From assembly GCF_037042905.1 (NCBI RefSeq), contig NC_087260.1, positions 22,444,001 through 22,508,000 of the forward strand: 64,000 nt of DNA, given 5' to 3'. The notes beneath the pieces are model-generated. The model saw nothing but the letters and a program-made list of their open reading frames with translations, was not told where the DNA came from and did no database searches. The position numbers and the translations under genes are program-made. This stretch comes from Lytechinus pictus. Lineage: Eukaryota. Positions within the stretch are counted from its first letter, which is position 1, and each line of letters opens with the position of its first letter. This document shows positions 37,101 to 60,972 of the stretch, in pieces.

Positions 37101-38710
37101 GGGCACACTGCAAAAACTCCGGTGTTGATTTAACACCAGCCCGGAATCTATATGTCCACACCAGAGAAGTGTTAAACAAACCGGTATTGGTATTAGTTTA
37201 ACACCAGATAGGTGTTTATACAACACCAATTAGTTTTAAAACAACATCGGTTTGATTCCAAACTGGTGTTGTTTCAATACTTCTCTGGTGTGGACATAAT
37301 AGATTCTGGGCTGGTGTTGAATCAACACCGGAGTTTTTGCAGTGCAGGAATACCATCGGTTACCCCCTTCTTTATTTTTGTTTTCTAATTGCCATTTGGA
37401 CCCAACATCATCTTTTTCAGCATCCACCCCCCCCCCCCTTCCTGGAAAATTCTACATAGACCGGCAAATACTGCTACAGTCACATAACGATTCTAAACCA
37501 ATAGGGGCCTATACCGATTATATGTCATTGGAAATATCGTAACAGCTTTGATAGGCCAGGGCCCCGTCTTACAAAGAGTTACGATTGATCCAATCAACCT
37601 CGATCAGTTATATGGAAATCCACCAATGTCATAATTTTTTTTATACAGGAAACTTTGCACAATGTCCCCTGTACACTCTAAAAAAAGATTGGGTAAAAGT
37701 GTTCCATGAAGGTAATTATGTGTCCAACCAACAGTGGGCATTTCTTTTGGGCATTTCTTTTGGGCATTTTTATTTATCCAGTGTGATGAAAATTTGGCCC
37801 ATTTGATACAATATGCTTCCCGCATTGGGTAAAATACTGATTTTCAAGAAAAATACGAATGTATGATATTTAGAAAATATTTTGAACAAATATGCATTTT
37901 AGATTGACGTTACTGGCTTTTCATAGTTGCGGTTGATCGGATCAATCACAACTATTTGTAGTATGGGACCCGGGGATGTTACGTTGGTGTAACTGTAACA
38001 TATAACTTACCTCCCATCTTCCATTCAATAGTCTTTGTGACGTAATGGATCTCATCTGAGTAATGGTTCTTGAGTTGGTTTGCTCGGGTCAGCAGAGACT
38101 TCGCCTGAAGATCACGGATTCGAATCTCTTCCTCGATCTTGGCAGCCACCTGGAAGAGTTTCAGATAGAAGAATAATGGGTGTCTTTCAAATCCCCAATC
38201 CCGCACAATAATACAAATACATTATTTACAAACTACTCATTTTTTGAAAAAAATGCAATTCTTTGTCCCTTTAAGTGCCGACTTGTAATGAAAAAGAGAC
38301 CCTTCCCCTCATTCCACGTTTATTTTCCTAAAATAACATTCAACTTAACTTAATGAAGCCGTGTGCTATATATCTTGAGTGCATTTAACGCAAATCCCGA
38401 TTCATATGAGCTATAACAATTAATCATATAGCAATGCAAATTTATGATTTTCAATAATTCAAAATATCGATCGATATTCCATTATGGTCAGTGAATTAAT
38501 CTAGTAAGCCTGTGTCATCACTATTGTGGATAAAATTTATCTGACGCACTATCTCGCGCCAACATGATTAAAGAGACGCAAGAACTGGATAACATGCGCA
38601 TCGCAGCTTACCTTGACGTAGGCTGGTTGTCTTCTGAATGAGGCCCGTTTAAGGAGTGAGATGTAGCTCGGTGTAGCCTGCTCACCCACCGGTGTCATGA
38701 TATGGCCCAT
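21242..38710 (-). CDS. BOK: Bcl-2-related ovarian killer (BOK)-like protein, spliced long isoform (~285 aa, 4 coding exons)
   Basis: Exons 38710-38612 (MGHIMTPV...RRQPAYVK, in-frame stop upstream), 38149-38011 (VAAKIEEE...EWKMG+G), 30932-30448 (GLGLPW...WIAQRGGW) and 21376-21242 (TDLLRTFRRKRNDSGSIWLLTFGGVFFGLLITALLSHAPWKPEN*). All GT-AG and phase-compatible. BH4, BH3 (ELTLVGSELE), BH1 (ITWARVVAFF), BH2 (WIAQRGGW|TD, family-typical phase-0 intron) and a C-terminal TM anchor. The last two exons are high confidence; the upstream join is inferred. Confidence 0.75.
21762..21927. repeat. Palindromic 94-bp repeat family, copy inverted relative to 26084-26440
   Basis: AGACCGATCAAAGCTATTAC...GGAGTCGGTTTCGGTTACAGTCACACCAACGAAACCGAC is the reverse complement of the 26-kb array unit. 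Confidence 0.75.
22317..22475. mobile_element. MITE
   Basis: Imperfect TIRs GGGGAGTCTTTCATGAA...TTGATAAAACGCTCCCC. Confidence 0.6.
23484..23693. mobile_element. Dispersed element with subterminal inverted repeats and an internal TTAGGG-like tract
   Basis: GACATTTGCTCC.GCGACAATTGCTC...GAGCAATTGTCGCCGGAGCAAATGTC enclosing TAGGGTTAGGGTTAGGG. Inverted copy at 44800-44986 and a partial copy near 45190-45290. Confidence 0.75.
24895..25060. mobile_element. Academ-type MITE (second copy, inverted)
   Basis: TAGTCTGC...GCAGACT termini; reverse-complement similarity to 12400-12555. Confidence 0.65.
25428..26020. mobile_element. TTAA-TSD non-autonomous transposon (Kolobok/piggyBac-like)
   Basis: TTAA|AGGTCAAGTCCACCCC...GGGGTGGACTTGTCCT|TTAA. 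Same family at 51617-52207 and a degenerate copy at ~45565-46172. Confidence 0.85.
26084..26440. repeat. 94-bp tandem array (~3.8 copies), each unit internally palindromic
   Basis: ACCG(A/T)CCGATG starts at 26084, 26178, 26272 and 26366; each unit contains ATCGGTTTGGAGTCGGT...ACCGATTCCAAACCGA. Confidence 0.9.
32360..32940. mobile_element. TTAA-TSD palindromic non-autonomous transposon (Kolobok-like)
   Basis: TTAA|AGGGATGGTCCGGGCTG...CAGCCCGGACCATCCCT|TCAA, with long inverted arms. Confidence 0.85.
33369..34431 (+). mobile_element. 3' fragment of a restriction-like-endonuclease non-LTR retrotransposon (R4/Dong-like) in a BOK intron
   Basis: ORF 33382-34458 has a CCHC knuckle CRMCGKETETIMHLVSAC, an RHD motif and the PD-(D/E)xK core KPDIIVRDNNVVNIIEVSVPHD...KRLKY. 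Followed by (TAA)n; the 5' part is lost in an N-gap. Confidence 0.88.
34432..34710 (-). mobile_element. tRNA-derived SINE
   Basis: Minus-strand B-box-like GGTTCGAATC; body CACCTCACCTGGGT.GAGTGCAGCACA shared with the copies near 46470-46760 and 50851-51090; (TTA)n-type tail. Confidence 0.75.
35030..35903. mobile_element. PIF/Harbinger-like MITE carrying a nested TTAA element
   Basis: GGCCCGTATTCTGAAGTCGG...CCGACTTCAGAATACGGGCC with 3-bp ATT flanks. Uninterrupted ~300-bp relatives at 43105-43408 and 53528-53837. Confidence 0.8.
35121..35695. mobile_element. TTAA-TSD non-autonomous transposon, nested copy
   Basis: TTAA|AGGAGAATGAAAC...GTTTCATTCTCCT|TTAA. Confidence 0.85.
36229..36812. mobile_element. 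TTAA-TSD non-autonomous transposon, near-identical to 35121-35695
   Basis: TTAA|AGGAGATTGAAAC...GTTTCATTCTCCT|TTAA; same orientation and high identity. Confidence 0.85.
37106..37344. mobile_element. CACTG-terminated palindromic MITE (EnSpm/CACTA-type, 2-bp TSD)
   Basis: CA|CACTGCAAAAACTCCGGTGTTGATT...AATCAACACCGGAGTTTTTGCAGTG|CA. Confidence 0.85.
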
Positions 38711-39533
38711 CGTGTGTGGAACCCGAGATGCTGGGATCGATGAGTGTTCACGACCATCCGAGGAGGAACTTCGAGTTTCAGGTTATTCAGAGTCCCCAAC
38801 TTTCAGCAATTGATATAAAGGTGAAAACTATGAAAAAAAGTTATAGGCCTATACGTCTCGACGACACTTGCTTGATCCAGAGTAATTTTCCTATGTACAC
38901 GTAGGTCTAAAGGGGAAGCGACAGGCAATTTTTAAAAGCGGCAATTAAGACCTAAATGTGATGTCATTTTGTTTCAATTGATTAATAGGGGTCATAAAGA
39001 GTACACAACTTTACGACATCCTTTATGTTAGCTTCCTTTCTATCTTCCCTTTTCTTTCTATTTTTTCTCCCCCCCCCCTCTGTTCTTGACCACCCCACCC
39101 TAATATCGCCGCCCCTGGAGCTGAGCAAATGCGTGAAGGTGTTGATTTTATGCCCCAATAAACGCGGACAGGAACACTTATTGATGTTTCATTTAAACAA
39201 TAAAACCTACGCAACTAGTCATGTGGTTTCTCACAACAGACTTATCTGTTTAGGCCATCCATAAAACAATTAATTCTAAAATACAATATTTATCATTTTT
39301 CAATTTTATTTTGGTTTTATTTCCACAATCTCGTGACGTTATAGAACTTTGATACAGGGCCTAATTACATGACCAGGATGAACACCCTTGAACCTTATAC
39401 CTTTCCAAGAAAAGGCGCTGTAAAATGTAATCATTATTTATATATTATTATTTTTATTACATACCTACGATGGATACGAAATATAGATAACAAGAATTAA
39501 TACGCTCATTTCCCCCAAGAAAGAAAAGTTTAC

Positions 39534-39698
39534 CTTGACTCTGGCTGTGATGTCTCAACCGCATTGGGAGTTCAAATCCGTAGGTCTATTATCGTCTAAA
39601 ATCACTTTGAAAACCAAAGGTTCTTTCAAATCGCAAAGAACATCCACAAAACACAAGACTTGATCACTCATTCACTCTCGGCTCTAAAAGTTTCCATA
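39534..39698 (-). other. Candidate 5'-UTR exon of the BOK long isoform
   Basis: Donor CAAG|GTAAAC at 39534/39533; downstream acceptor TTTTTTTCATAG| at 38827. The 5' boundary is unknown. Confidence 0.4.
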
Positions 39699-40104
39699 CA
39701 CTGCAAAAACTCCGGTGTTGATTTAACACCAGGCCGGAATCTATATATGTCCACACCAGAGAAGTATTGAAACAACCAGTTTGGAATCAAACAGATGCTG
39801 TTTTAATACTAATTGGTGTTGTATAAGCACCTATCTGGTGTTAGATCAAAACAAAACTGGTGTGGATGCTGAAAAAAGATGATGTTGGATCCAAATGGCA
39901 ATTAGAAAACAAAAATAAAGAAGGGGGTAACCGATGGAATTCCTGCACAGCAAAAACTCCGGTGTTGATTTAACGCCAGCCCGGAATACAGTCCACACCG
40001 CCAGAGAAGTATTGAAACAACACCAGTTTGGAATCAAACTGGTCTGGTGTGGACATATATAGATTCCGGGCTGGTGTTAAATCAACACCGGAGTTTTTGC
40101 AGTG
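39699..40104. mobile_element. CACTG-terminated MITE with an internal captured segment
   Basis: TA|CACTGCAAAAACTCC...GGAGTTTTTGCAGTG|TA. 39862-40039 is an inverted copy of 37250-37427. Confidence 0.85.
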
Positions 40105-42611
40105 TATGTTGTTTTAAATCATTATTGTCTCAAAAAACATCATATACCATACTACAAGTTAGTATTATTATACCTCTATATGAGACATACCTTACTACGT
40201 ATTGTGCAGTTATGAGTATAATTGTGCGAAACGTATCGGTAAGAAAGGTGAAACTTACAGTTATTATGAGTGTAAATACTTATTGAATAGGTTTCTTTTC
40301 ACTGCTTTTAGACACTTTTCTTTTAACAATTGTCGGCGAACCTTGACACTTAGACAGAGTTCTGTCTTTAATAGAAAATAACAAAAATCGATCAACGGGT
40401 ATACCGCAAGACAAGGTCTAGTTTGCATGTATTGTTTAGAGTGAATACCTCATGCGAAGATACACGCCACTGAGGTGTAAATGGGGTGAGGTGGCCTGGG
40501 GCGCATGGGGCACTGGACCCCCTCCCTAATAAAAAACATGAGCCAGAGCAAAAAAAAAAAAACGTCAGGAAATGAAAAACTCTGAAATATGATATCAGCG
40601 GCTGAATATCTATCATTATTTTAGAAGTGTCAATATTTTCGCTCGCTCGCTCGCTTTTCCCGGTCCACCTTGCTGTTCCTCGAATCTCTAAATCTTTGGT
40701 TCATTACAGGCTACTGCTGCACACATTGGTATTGGTTTGGCTGCTGGCTTATGTGTATGTATATATATTTTAACACATACTGATGTTGAAAATGTATAGG
40801 GCCTAGATGGTGGTGATTAGTGGCGTACTGATCAAGTAACGCGAGCTGATTTTTTGTTTTATATTCAGACCTAAAAAAGGGGACATTATATAAGCAAATT
40901 TTTATAATCAACATAAGTACATGTCTCATTAAACAATGCTAGCGCGAAGTGCGAGCTGGAATTTTTATATACATTGACCCGAAACAGGGACATTTTAAGG
41001 ACTATTTTATTTTCAAAGGAATTCATAAAGATCATACATATCTCACCATGGTCATCTAACGCGCGTGCTGATTTATTATTATTCTTTTAGAATTACACGT
41101 TAACACAATTTTGTAGTCGTTATAATCATGAACATGATCCGTCTTTCACTAATCAAACATATTTTTTAATATTCAGATCAGAAATAAGGTACATTTTAAA
41201 GACTGTTTTTAGGAATTCATGAAGAGCGGACATAGCTCACGAATGCGAACGCCATGTAAGCACGGAATGATTAAAAAAAAAAATCAGACCTTAAAGGAGG
41301 CATTCACTTGAAGTAGTCATTAAAAAGAAACATGTGTCACTACTTAAAGTAATGAAACCTCGAAGTGCGAGGAAATACATTTGGTAAAACTGACTTGAAA
41401 ACGGAATGTTTTATCCGCTTGAACATGATTTATCTCATTAAACAGACAATGCGAGCACCAAGTGTGATGAACAATATGCCTTAAGCAAACTGTGTTTAAC
41501 AAAGTTCTGAAAAACCGTATTTCTTATGTCACATATTACAATATATACAATATGATATAATATATAATAATTTCTTCTCCCCCCACTACGTTTTTGGTTT
41601 TTCTTCCTTCCCTCTTTTCTTTTCTCGCCAGCCGATTTGGGGGGGGGGGGGGGGCAGTAGTTACGCCACTGGCGGTGTTCCGAACACACAAAGGGGAACT
41701 TGATTACAAAATATATTTGTGAAAGGGCGAAATAAGAAACAAAAACAAAGTCTGAAAGAAAAAATATCAAAAATAATAAGCATTTCAAAATTGCTCTTAA
41801 AAATGAGTTTAAGACTATATGTTTATCTCAAATTTATGAATAGATTGTGACTAGGGATAACTCTTCTATTCGTTTTTAGTAAAACTGTTGAAAAAAAAAT
41901 GCAAATTAGAGAAAGAGAGAGAGGGAGGGGGGGGGGAAGAAACTCCTCTTGGCAGGCAGTTCAAGGAAATATCAAAGCAATTAGCAAAACACTAATATTG
42001 CTAGATGGAATAACTCTGGTGTGAAGATAGCGTCGTGAGAAAAGCGCCAAATGTCAGATGATATAAATTAGGGCGTGTTATAAAAACTGGGGCAAACAGC
42101 GCATAATCGATGGGGTATATAATAAGATAAGAGTACGAGCAAGCGTTAGACCCGTTCAGACGATCGAAAAGTACACCTTCTGTGTGCTCTATTTTGGAAA
42201 TGCGAAATTGTATTGGACTTTGAACCTCGAGCCAGGGGAGGGAGGTGAGGCAGAGGGGGCACTGCGGCAGGGGCAAGGTTCTCAATCTCAACTTTCAAGG
42301 GGGGGGGCACACTTGGGTAAACACGGCATATTTACATTTATATTTTTAATTATGGCTCTCAAAGGGGGGGGGGGGGCTTGCATATTGTCATAAGGGTATC
42401 ATCATTGCCAAAATCAGGAAAAGGGTATGCTTTTGAACTTATCATAAAAGTGAAATATTTGAGGCATTACTTAGGATAGAGAACACACGACAAAACTTTT
42501 TTAAGGGTGCTTTGAAAGTGAAGGATGATTACTTACTTAGGGTTCATTTGGAAAGTCCATGTATGTACATATATGGTTTCCACCCTGCAATGACAGTGCC
42601 TCCGCCCCCGA

Positions 42612-43030
42612 TAATCATCACCATCATCTTAGTCATCATCATTACCCACATCTTCACTATTATCATCATTATCATATCCAACACCAACATCATTATTATG
42701 ATCATCACAACCACCATCATCATCATCATCATCATCATCATCGTCATCATCATTACCTACATCTTCACTATTATCATTATATCCAACACCAACATCATTA
42801 TTATGATCATCACAACCACCATCATCACAACCACCATCATCATCATCATCATCATCATCATCGTCATCATCATTACCTACATCTTCACTATTATCATTAT
42901 ATCCAACACCAACATCATTATTATGATCATCACAACCACCATCATCACAACCACCATCATCATCATCATCGTCATCATCGTCATCATCATCTTCACCACC
43001 ACCATCAATACTATCATCATAATCACCATA
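42612..43030. repeat. (CAT)n-derived minisatellite with 120-bp periodicity
   Basis: Sequence from 42721 is repeated at 42841. It explains the poly-His/Ile/Asp/Met ORFs. Confidence 0.92.
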
Positions 43031-43104
43031 CCCATTACCCCCCTTCTCCAATGAATATTCCACTTACTCGGATCATCTAATGTCACCATGGCTAAAGCTT
43101 CTTT

Positions 43105-43408
43105 CCCATATTCTGAACTCAGGTCCGAATTAAACCCTGGTTTAAAGTTATAGTTTAACTATGGGGAGCCAATCGGGACACAATTCTCTATTAGTACATG
43201 TTCAGTTTATTAACTCCTATGCCACTCAAATCATTTATACCTGTCTCAGAATGATAACTGAAATATTTTCTTAATTTTGAAAGCAAAAGGAAAAATAGTA
43301 AATATAGGAAATACAATATAAGCAGAATTTCTGGGTTTTTGGCTCCCCATAATTTTAGCACAGAGTGAGGCCAAGGTATAAGTTAAACCTGACTTCAGAA
43401 TACGGGCC
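43105..43408. mobile_element. Harbinger-like MITE copy
   Basis: CCCATATTCTGAA...TTCAGAATACGGGCC. Confidence 0.65.
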
Positions 43409-43595
43409 TCTTTGTCTACTATTGATTTATTATTATTACCAGTTGCTTCAGCAATCCCTTGGTCTAATACTCACATGGTCTAACTGTCATTTAGTCTAAT
43501 GCCCAGATGGTTTAATTTCCACTTCATCAAATTATTACATTGCACTCTGTCAAATATGTAGTTGGTTTATCTAATCGAATAGACTTTGTGGTGTT

Positions 43596-44679
43596 CAGTC
43601 AGACCGCAGGTCCCTATGCTAATGAGCAAAAAGGCCAGATTCATCCAAATCATCTCGTGGCTGAATCCTCCTCCTTGCAAAATCTCGTGATTCGTGAGAT
43701 TTTCTTTCTCTAAGAATTTACCTGTTTTAACCTCAAGTTAAATGAAATAGTATTACACCATCAGATAGAGTAAAAGTTACTCTTTCATATTGGTCATTTA
43801 TTTTGTATACAATGTTTTGTTAAATAAGTAAATTTCTGGCCTGAAAATGTGCCTTAAAACTGAATTTTCTTCCTCTGTTTTCTTTTGCAAATTGTGCAAA
43901 ACTTTTTATTTTGAGCCTCAATGATATCTGTATCACCATAACGCTGAACTTCTGTACTTTCTCACAATGCCAATCTTGATATGCGGCACCTTTTAATCGG
44001 GTCAAGATCACACTTTTCCCACCAAGGTACAAGACGAGATTTCTGAAATTTTGCACTTGCAAGAAATCCAGAGTTCTGATTGGCTGGATAAGGTTCACAG
44101 AACAACAGGCGCGGGGTATTTGAGGAGATTACCACGTGGGAAGTGTGACCTTCCCACAAACCCAGGCACTGGAACCGTTGGAATTTGCCATTGTGTGGTC
44201 TCTTTGACCAATCAGAGAGCAGTATTCTTGTTTTCAAGCTGCTTTATGTACCTGGCAAATGAAAAGTGTGATCTTGACCCGATTAAACCAATTCTTATTT
44301 TGAAACCTATATCATTTTAAAGCATACATATTCAGCTTTATCATGATATAAAAATCATTTGGGCTCAAACAAAAGTAAAGTGTGAAAATAGCAGCTTTTG
44401 TCAGGTGAAAATATTTATTTTGTAGCATATTTTAGATTAAAATTTTAACCTATATTACAAAATCTTTGAATAAATCCAAACATATGACCTGAAAGAATGA
44501 TTCTTCTTCTTTACAATGGTACCAAATTCATGAAATTCGATGCACAATTAGAGCAGCAATGACCGAATGAAAAGAGGTGTTTTGGTCCGCATCAAGCTCA
44601 TTAAATATGCAAAACATCTCAAGTCATGAATATCACTTGGATGAAAGAAGCCACTTTCTTGGGACCTGCGGTCTGACTG
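43596..44679. mobile_element. Non-autonomous DNA transposon with 19-bp perfect TIRs and apparent 4-bp TSD
   Basis: TGTT|CAGTCAGACCGCAGGTCCC...GGGACCTGCGGTCTGACTG|TGTT. Confidence 0.8.
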
Positions 44680-44799
44680 TGTTAAACCATGTGGATATTA
44701 GATGAATTGTGCATAGCCTAACTTGAAAGCAGTCAAAACTGTAAGTGGACTTAGAATCAGTTATACCAAATGGTTAGTAGACGGAATGGATGTTGGTAA

Positions 44800-44986
44800 G
44801 GTTCCATGACATTTGCTCCGGCGACAATTGCTCTGCTCCGCTGCAAATTCCACACACTAATGGAATCGCCAACTTCAACCCTGGATTTAACACTACACCA
44901 TATCCTAAACCTAACATAAAACCCTATTGCAACCATAACCCTATATCTTGGACGAAATAAAGCCCGGAGCAAATGTTGTGTCACCG
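44800..44986. mobile_element. Inverted copy of the 23484-23693 element
   Basis: GGTTCCATGACATTTGCTCCGGCGACAATTGCTC...GAGCAAATGTTGTGTCACCG. Confidence 0.75.
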
Positions 44987-46469
44987 TTGATGAAGTAGGA
45001 TTACACCACGTGGGATGAGACCAAACAGAAAGTACACAAAACAGGTGTAGATTAACTGGTGATAGACCAACGATGGATACCAAATGGGTGACAAAAGATA
45101 TGCTTCTGAAACATTTGCCCGGCATGGGGTTAGAGATACGATTGTAATAGAGTTTTTTTTTTTAATTCAGAAATAATGTAATAATTAGGATTACGGTTTA
45201 TACAGTTATCAGGGTTAGATTGCTTGTTTGGCTTAACATGCACATTTTCGATAGGAGCAATTGTTCCTGGAGCAAACGTCATGGAACCATTAAATGAAAT
45301 GGGTGCCATATAGCCTGTAGAACTCGGACTAAACGGTAAGTGGGATAAATGGCATTTTACCTTTCCACCTCTTATAATCTCTTTGCCTTAATTTTTGCAA
45401 CATTGTTTTTGCCTGCAACCCTTTTCACAAAATTAAGCTAGATTGCCCAAAACATTTGAACTCCCAAGGCGGTGTTTCATGGAGCTGTTTCTACAGTTAT
45501 GAATAAACTGAAGAATGAATAAAATATATTATATAATATATGGCAAGCAAAATTAATTTTGTTGAAGGCCAAGTCCATATGAAAAAAAATTGATTTTAAC
45601 AGAGAAAAATCAAGCAAACATAATGCTGAAGTATTCATCAAAATAAAACTTTATGTAAATCAGAAAGTTATAGGATTTGAAGTTGCACTTTATTCAACAA
45701 ACATTAAAAAGCACATCTCAGACATTATGCAAATGAGGTAACGAATGAGGTCACCCACTGGCTATATCTTTTACATTTTATTACATGAAATATAAAATGT
45801 TCCCTCTTTTTCAATAAAATAGAACATGGTTTCACTACTTGCTTTCTCATTGAAAATATAAAATCATCATCACTTTAATTAATTTCGAATAGGGCAAGAA
45901 TCTCTTCAGCATCAAGTTGATAAAATATGAATTCTTAATATTTCATACAATAATAAACATAAGACCTTGTCACAGTGTGACATCATTGGCTTTGTCATTT
46001 GCAAACTGACTAGGACGTGAATAAAGGCGTTTTTTAAGAAATGAAACAAACTTAAACCATAACTTTCTTATCAATATACAACTGATCTTGTATTGAAATA
46101 TTCAGTGCTATGCTTGTTTGATATTGCTTCATTTGTTCACATCAACTTCTTGTTGGGGTGGACTTTGCCTTTTAAGTGAAACATAAATTAGGAAAAAGTT
46201 TATGTATTCATATTTCAGTCTTTTGTAATGCAATGTGCAACATCATGCACAGGTTCAGGGAACACCCCAGCCATACTTGCTACCAGTAAACTTCCAGTTT
46301 ATATCATTAGTACATAGTAACAAAAAGCTACATGAAAAATACTTTGTATATAATAAAATTATTTTATAACGATTGTATTCATAAGGTATTGATTCTCACT
46401 GATGTACAAAGTTGAACCATGATGGTACTGTCATATCAAAGAAACTGTCACCAAACCGACCGAGGTTAT

Positions 46470-46760
46470 AATGATAATAATATGTCCATTTACATAGTAC
46501 AGTTACTATGTGCATATACTCAACTGGACTTTGATACTTGGTATCATATTATTACCCCGGCTGTTGGTGAGCCGTCGTATTAATAGGCGCGAAAGCGTTC
46601 AAGGAATAAATCATCCGGGTACCCATTCATCTCACCTGGATGAGGTGAATTTATCCACAATGTTGATAAATTTCTTGCCGAATGAAATTAGGCCATGGCT
46701 GGGATTCGAACCCATGACCCTCTGTTTCAAAGTCCGGAGACTTATCCACTAGGACACAAC
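46470..46760 (-). mobile_element. tRNA-derived SINE
   Basis: GGGTTCGAATCCCAGCCATGG on the minus strand; body shared with the other copies. Confidence 0.75.
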
Positions 46761-47669
46761 ACTCCACGTCATCGGTAATAACATACCGGTAATGACTTTT
46801 ACGGTCTGGAGTTGGTTTTGCCAGTGGGACTGTGTCATAATTCAATATCTAGCCAAACATGATCCAGTGGCGAATCCAGGAATTTGAAATATAGGGGGCG
46901 CAGACGACAATTTTCTTAGATTTAGCTGTATTAATATGTTCAATGGGCAATAGACCAATTAATAGTTCCATTCTGCACATGATTAGAAGAAGGTCATTTG
47001 AACTCAAATGACAAGGTGTTTTGATATTCCTTGACATAAGCACCAACGTTGATGAAAGATGTCTTGATCAGTGGTGAATCCTGGGGAGGGGGCACATTTG
47101 GCTCGTGAGAGAGCCATAATCAAAATTTTAAAGGTAGATATGCCATTTTTACCTAAGTGTGTCCCCCCCTTTTGACAGTGAGGATCTTTTTTTTTTGCTT
47201 GTCAAATTTGTCAAAATGAGCCATCTCCCTTTTGCAAAATCCTGGATCCGCCGCTGGTCTCCATAATTTACATATTGTTTTGAATTGTGCTTTTAATTAG
47301 ATCCCCTGGATAACAGTGCATCCATCAGCGACTGGTATTTAGCATAACATAAAGATAGCAGCCAATAGATGAGTATATCTTTATGGTAACTCAGCATCAG
47401 GGTGTGAATCAAAGCTTGGAGCGAACATTAAATCGCATAATACTTGCATTGAGACTGCAGATCAATCAATGATCCAAATCTGTCTTATCGGGATGCTTAT
47501 AAATAATTCATGCTTCTCAGTCTCAGCTATACCCAACAAGGCCTCATGACAGATTGCCTTCATGCTGTGTCTCTCAATCTGCCTTTACCATTGGCTAATC
47601 CAATCGCAGTTTCACTGGATGGCATGGAAATAACACAGATATCCGAAGATGAGAGACCTAGTCAAGATG

Positions 47670-59611
<11,942 letters not shown>

Positions 59612-60972
59612 CTAAAGATTTTTTACTCTCTTGTTCATGTTGCTTAAACTCGTTGATCTATAATAATAATGATCCAACTCTCCTTTCCTCCTCCAATTTC
59701 CTTCTTTTCTGGCTCTTCCTTTTATTTTCTTTCTTTTTTCTTCTTCTACACATTCTCCTTCCCCTCATCTTTGATCTTCTTCTTCTCCTTATCTCCTTTA
59801 CTTCTTCCTATCAAATCTCTTACTAAATCTAGCCCTACTTTGTTTATGATCTTAATAACCCATTCATTTTTTCAAAATGACAATGTTCATTTGCTTTTTT
59901 AGGCTTACCTTTAGAATCCAATGTCATAAATCGATTTCAGATGTGTCTATGATAATGTATCGGGGTGTGATACCTTGTTCTAATGCTAGTGTTAGTATCC
60001 ATGTTCCCATAATAGATTATGACTTTGGATTCTCTAGTTACTCTGCTTTTTTATTTAGGCAATCTTTGGTTAATGATCCGTTTTCCAAATTCATGTATGG
60101 GAGTGAATTGTATTACTGAACACTTTTCATATATTCAATCATATTAAATACAATATTCTCATAGATTTCTCCAAACTTTCACCATAAACACACAAATACC
60201 TACATATTCTGTAAAAATTTTGCTGTTTAATCATTTTTCTTTTTTAATGATATCAGCTTCCAATCGGACCCCTCTTCGCATGTGAAATATTTTGGTCACT
60301 TGAAAATGGTATCATATTACCGAACGTGTGTTTTATATGAGAAAAGTTGGTAAAACAACAAAATTACTGATGATGTAGTGATGAGCTATTTTTAAAACAA
60401 GACTAAGACTAGTGAGTAGTAAGAGTCTAGAAATCTATTTCATTATTTTGAGAATAGATTCTATATAAAGTATAGACTTTGAAAATGTCTTTTTGACAAT
60501 TTTTCATCATCTTTCTATTCCAGTTCCCTTAGGAAGGATGTTGCAAAGTTTTAATTGTCTAAAATTATTTTCGGAAAATTCTGACGCATGTAACGTTGTG
60601 AAGTTGTTCGGTAATCCTGTCTAACGTAATGTTACAAAAAATACAAATTATTAGTATTACAAGGCCAGTCGGTAATCACTCACTAGATCTATCAATATCA
60701 TTACCACTAATATAAACCATGGTATGACTAGACAGAAAGCTTCAGTTCATGTTTCGTCGTTACTTGACCCAAGTCTTGCTGAAGAAATTAGCCTAATGCC
60801 AATCACTCTAGGCACCAAGGCTATTAATTCCTGTGTTAAAAAAGTGAGTGCACGCGAATTAAATGTTGGACTTAAATTACTAGATCTTACCATGGAGCTC
60901 CATGACGAAATCTATTTTTAAATTAGACTCTAGATATTACTAAATGGAAAAAAATGTATAAATAGTACTCGC

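Noticed and set aside
42512-43089. Poly-His, poly-Ile and Asp/Gly-rich ORFs of 144-180 aa
   Set aside because: They are translations of a (CAT)n minisatellite that is open in several frames; no gene context.
46690-46760. tRNA-like sequence on the minus strand (also near 34650-34700 and 59030-59090)
   Set aside because: SINE heads attached to a shared body and tail; no complete cloverleaf.
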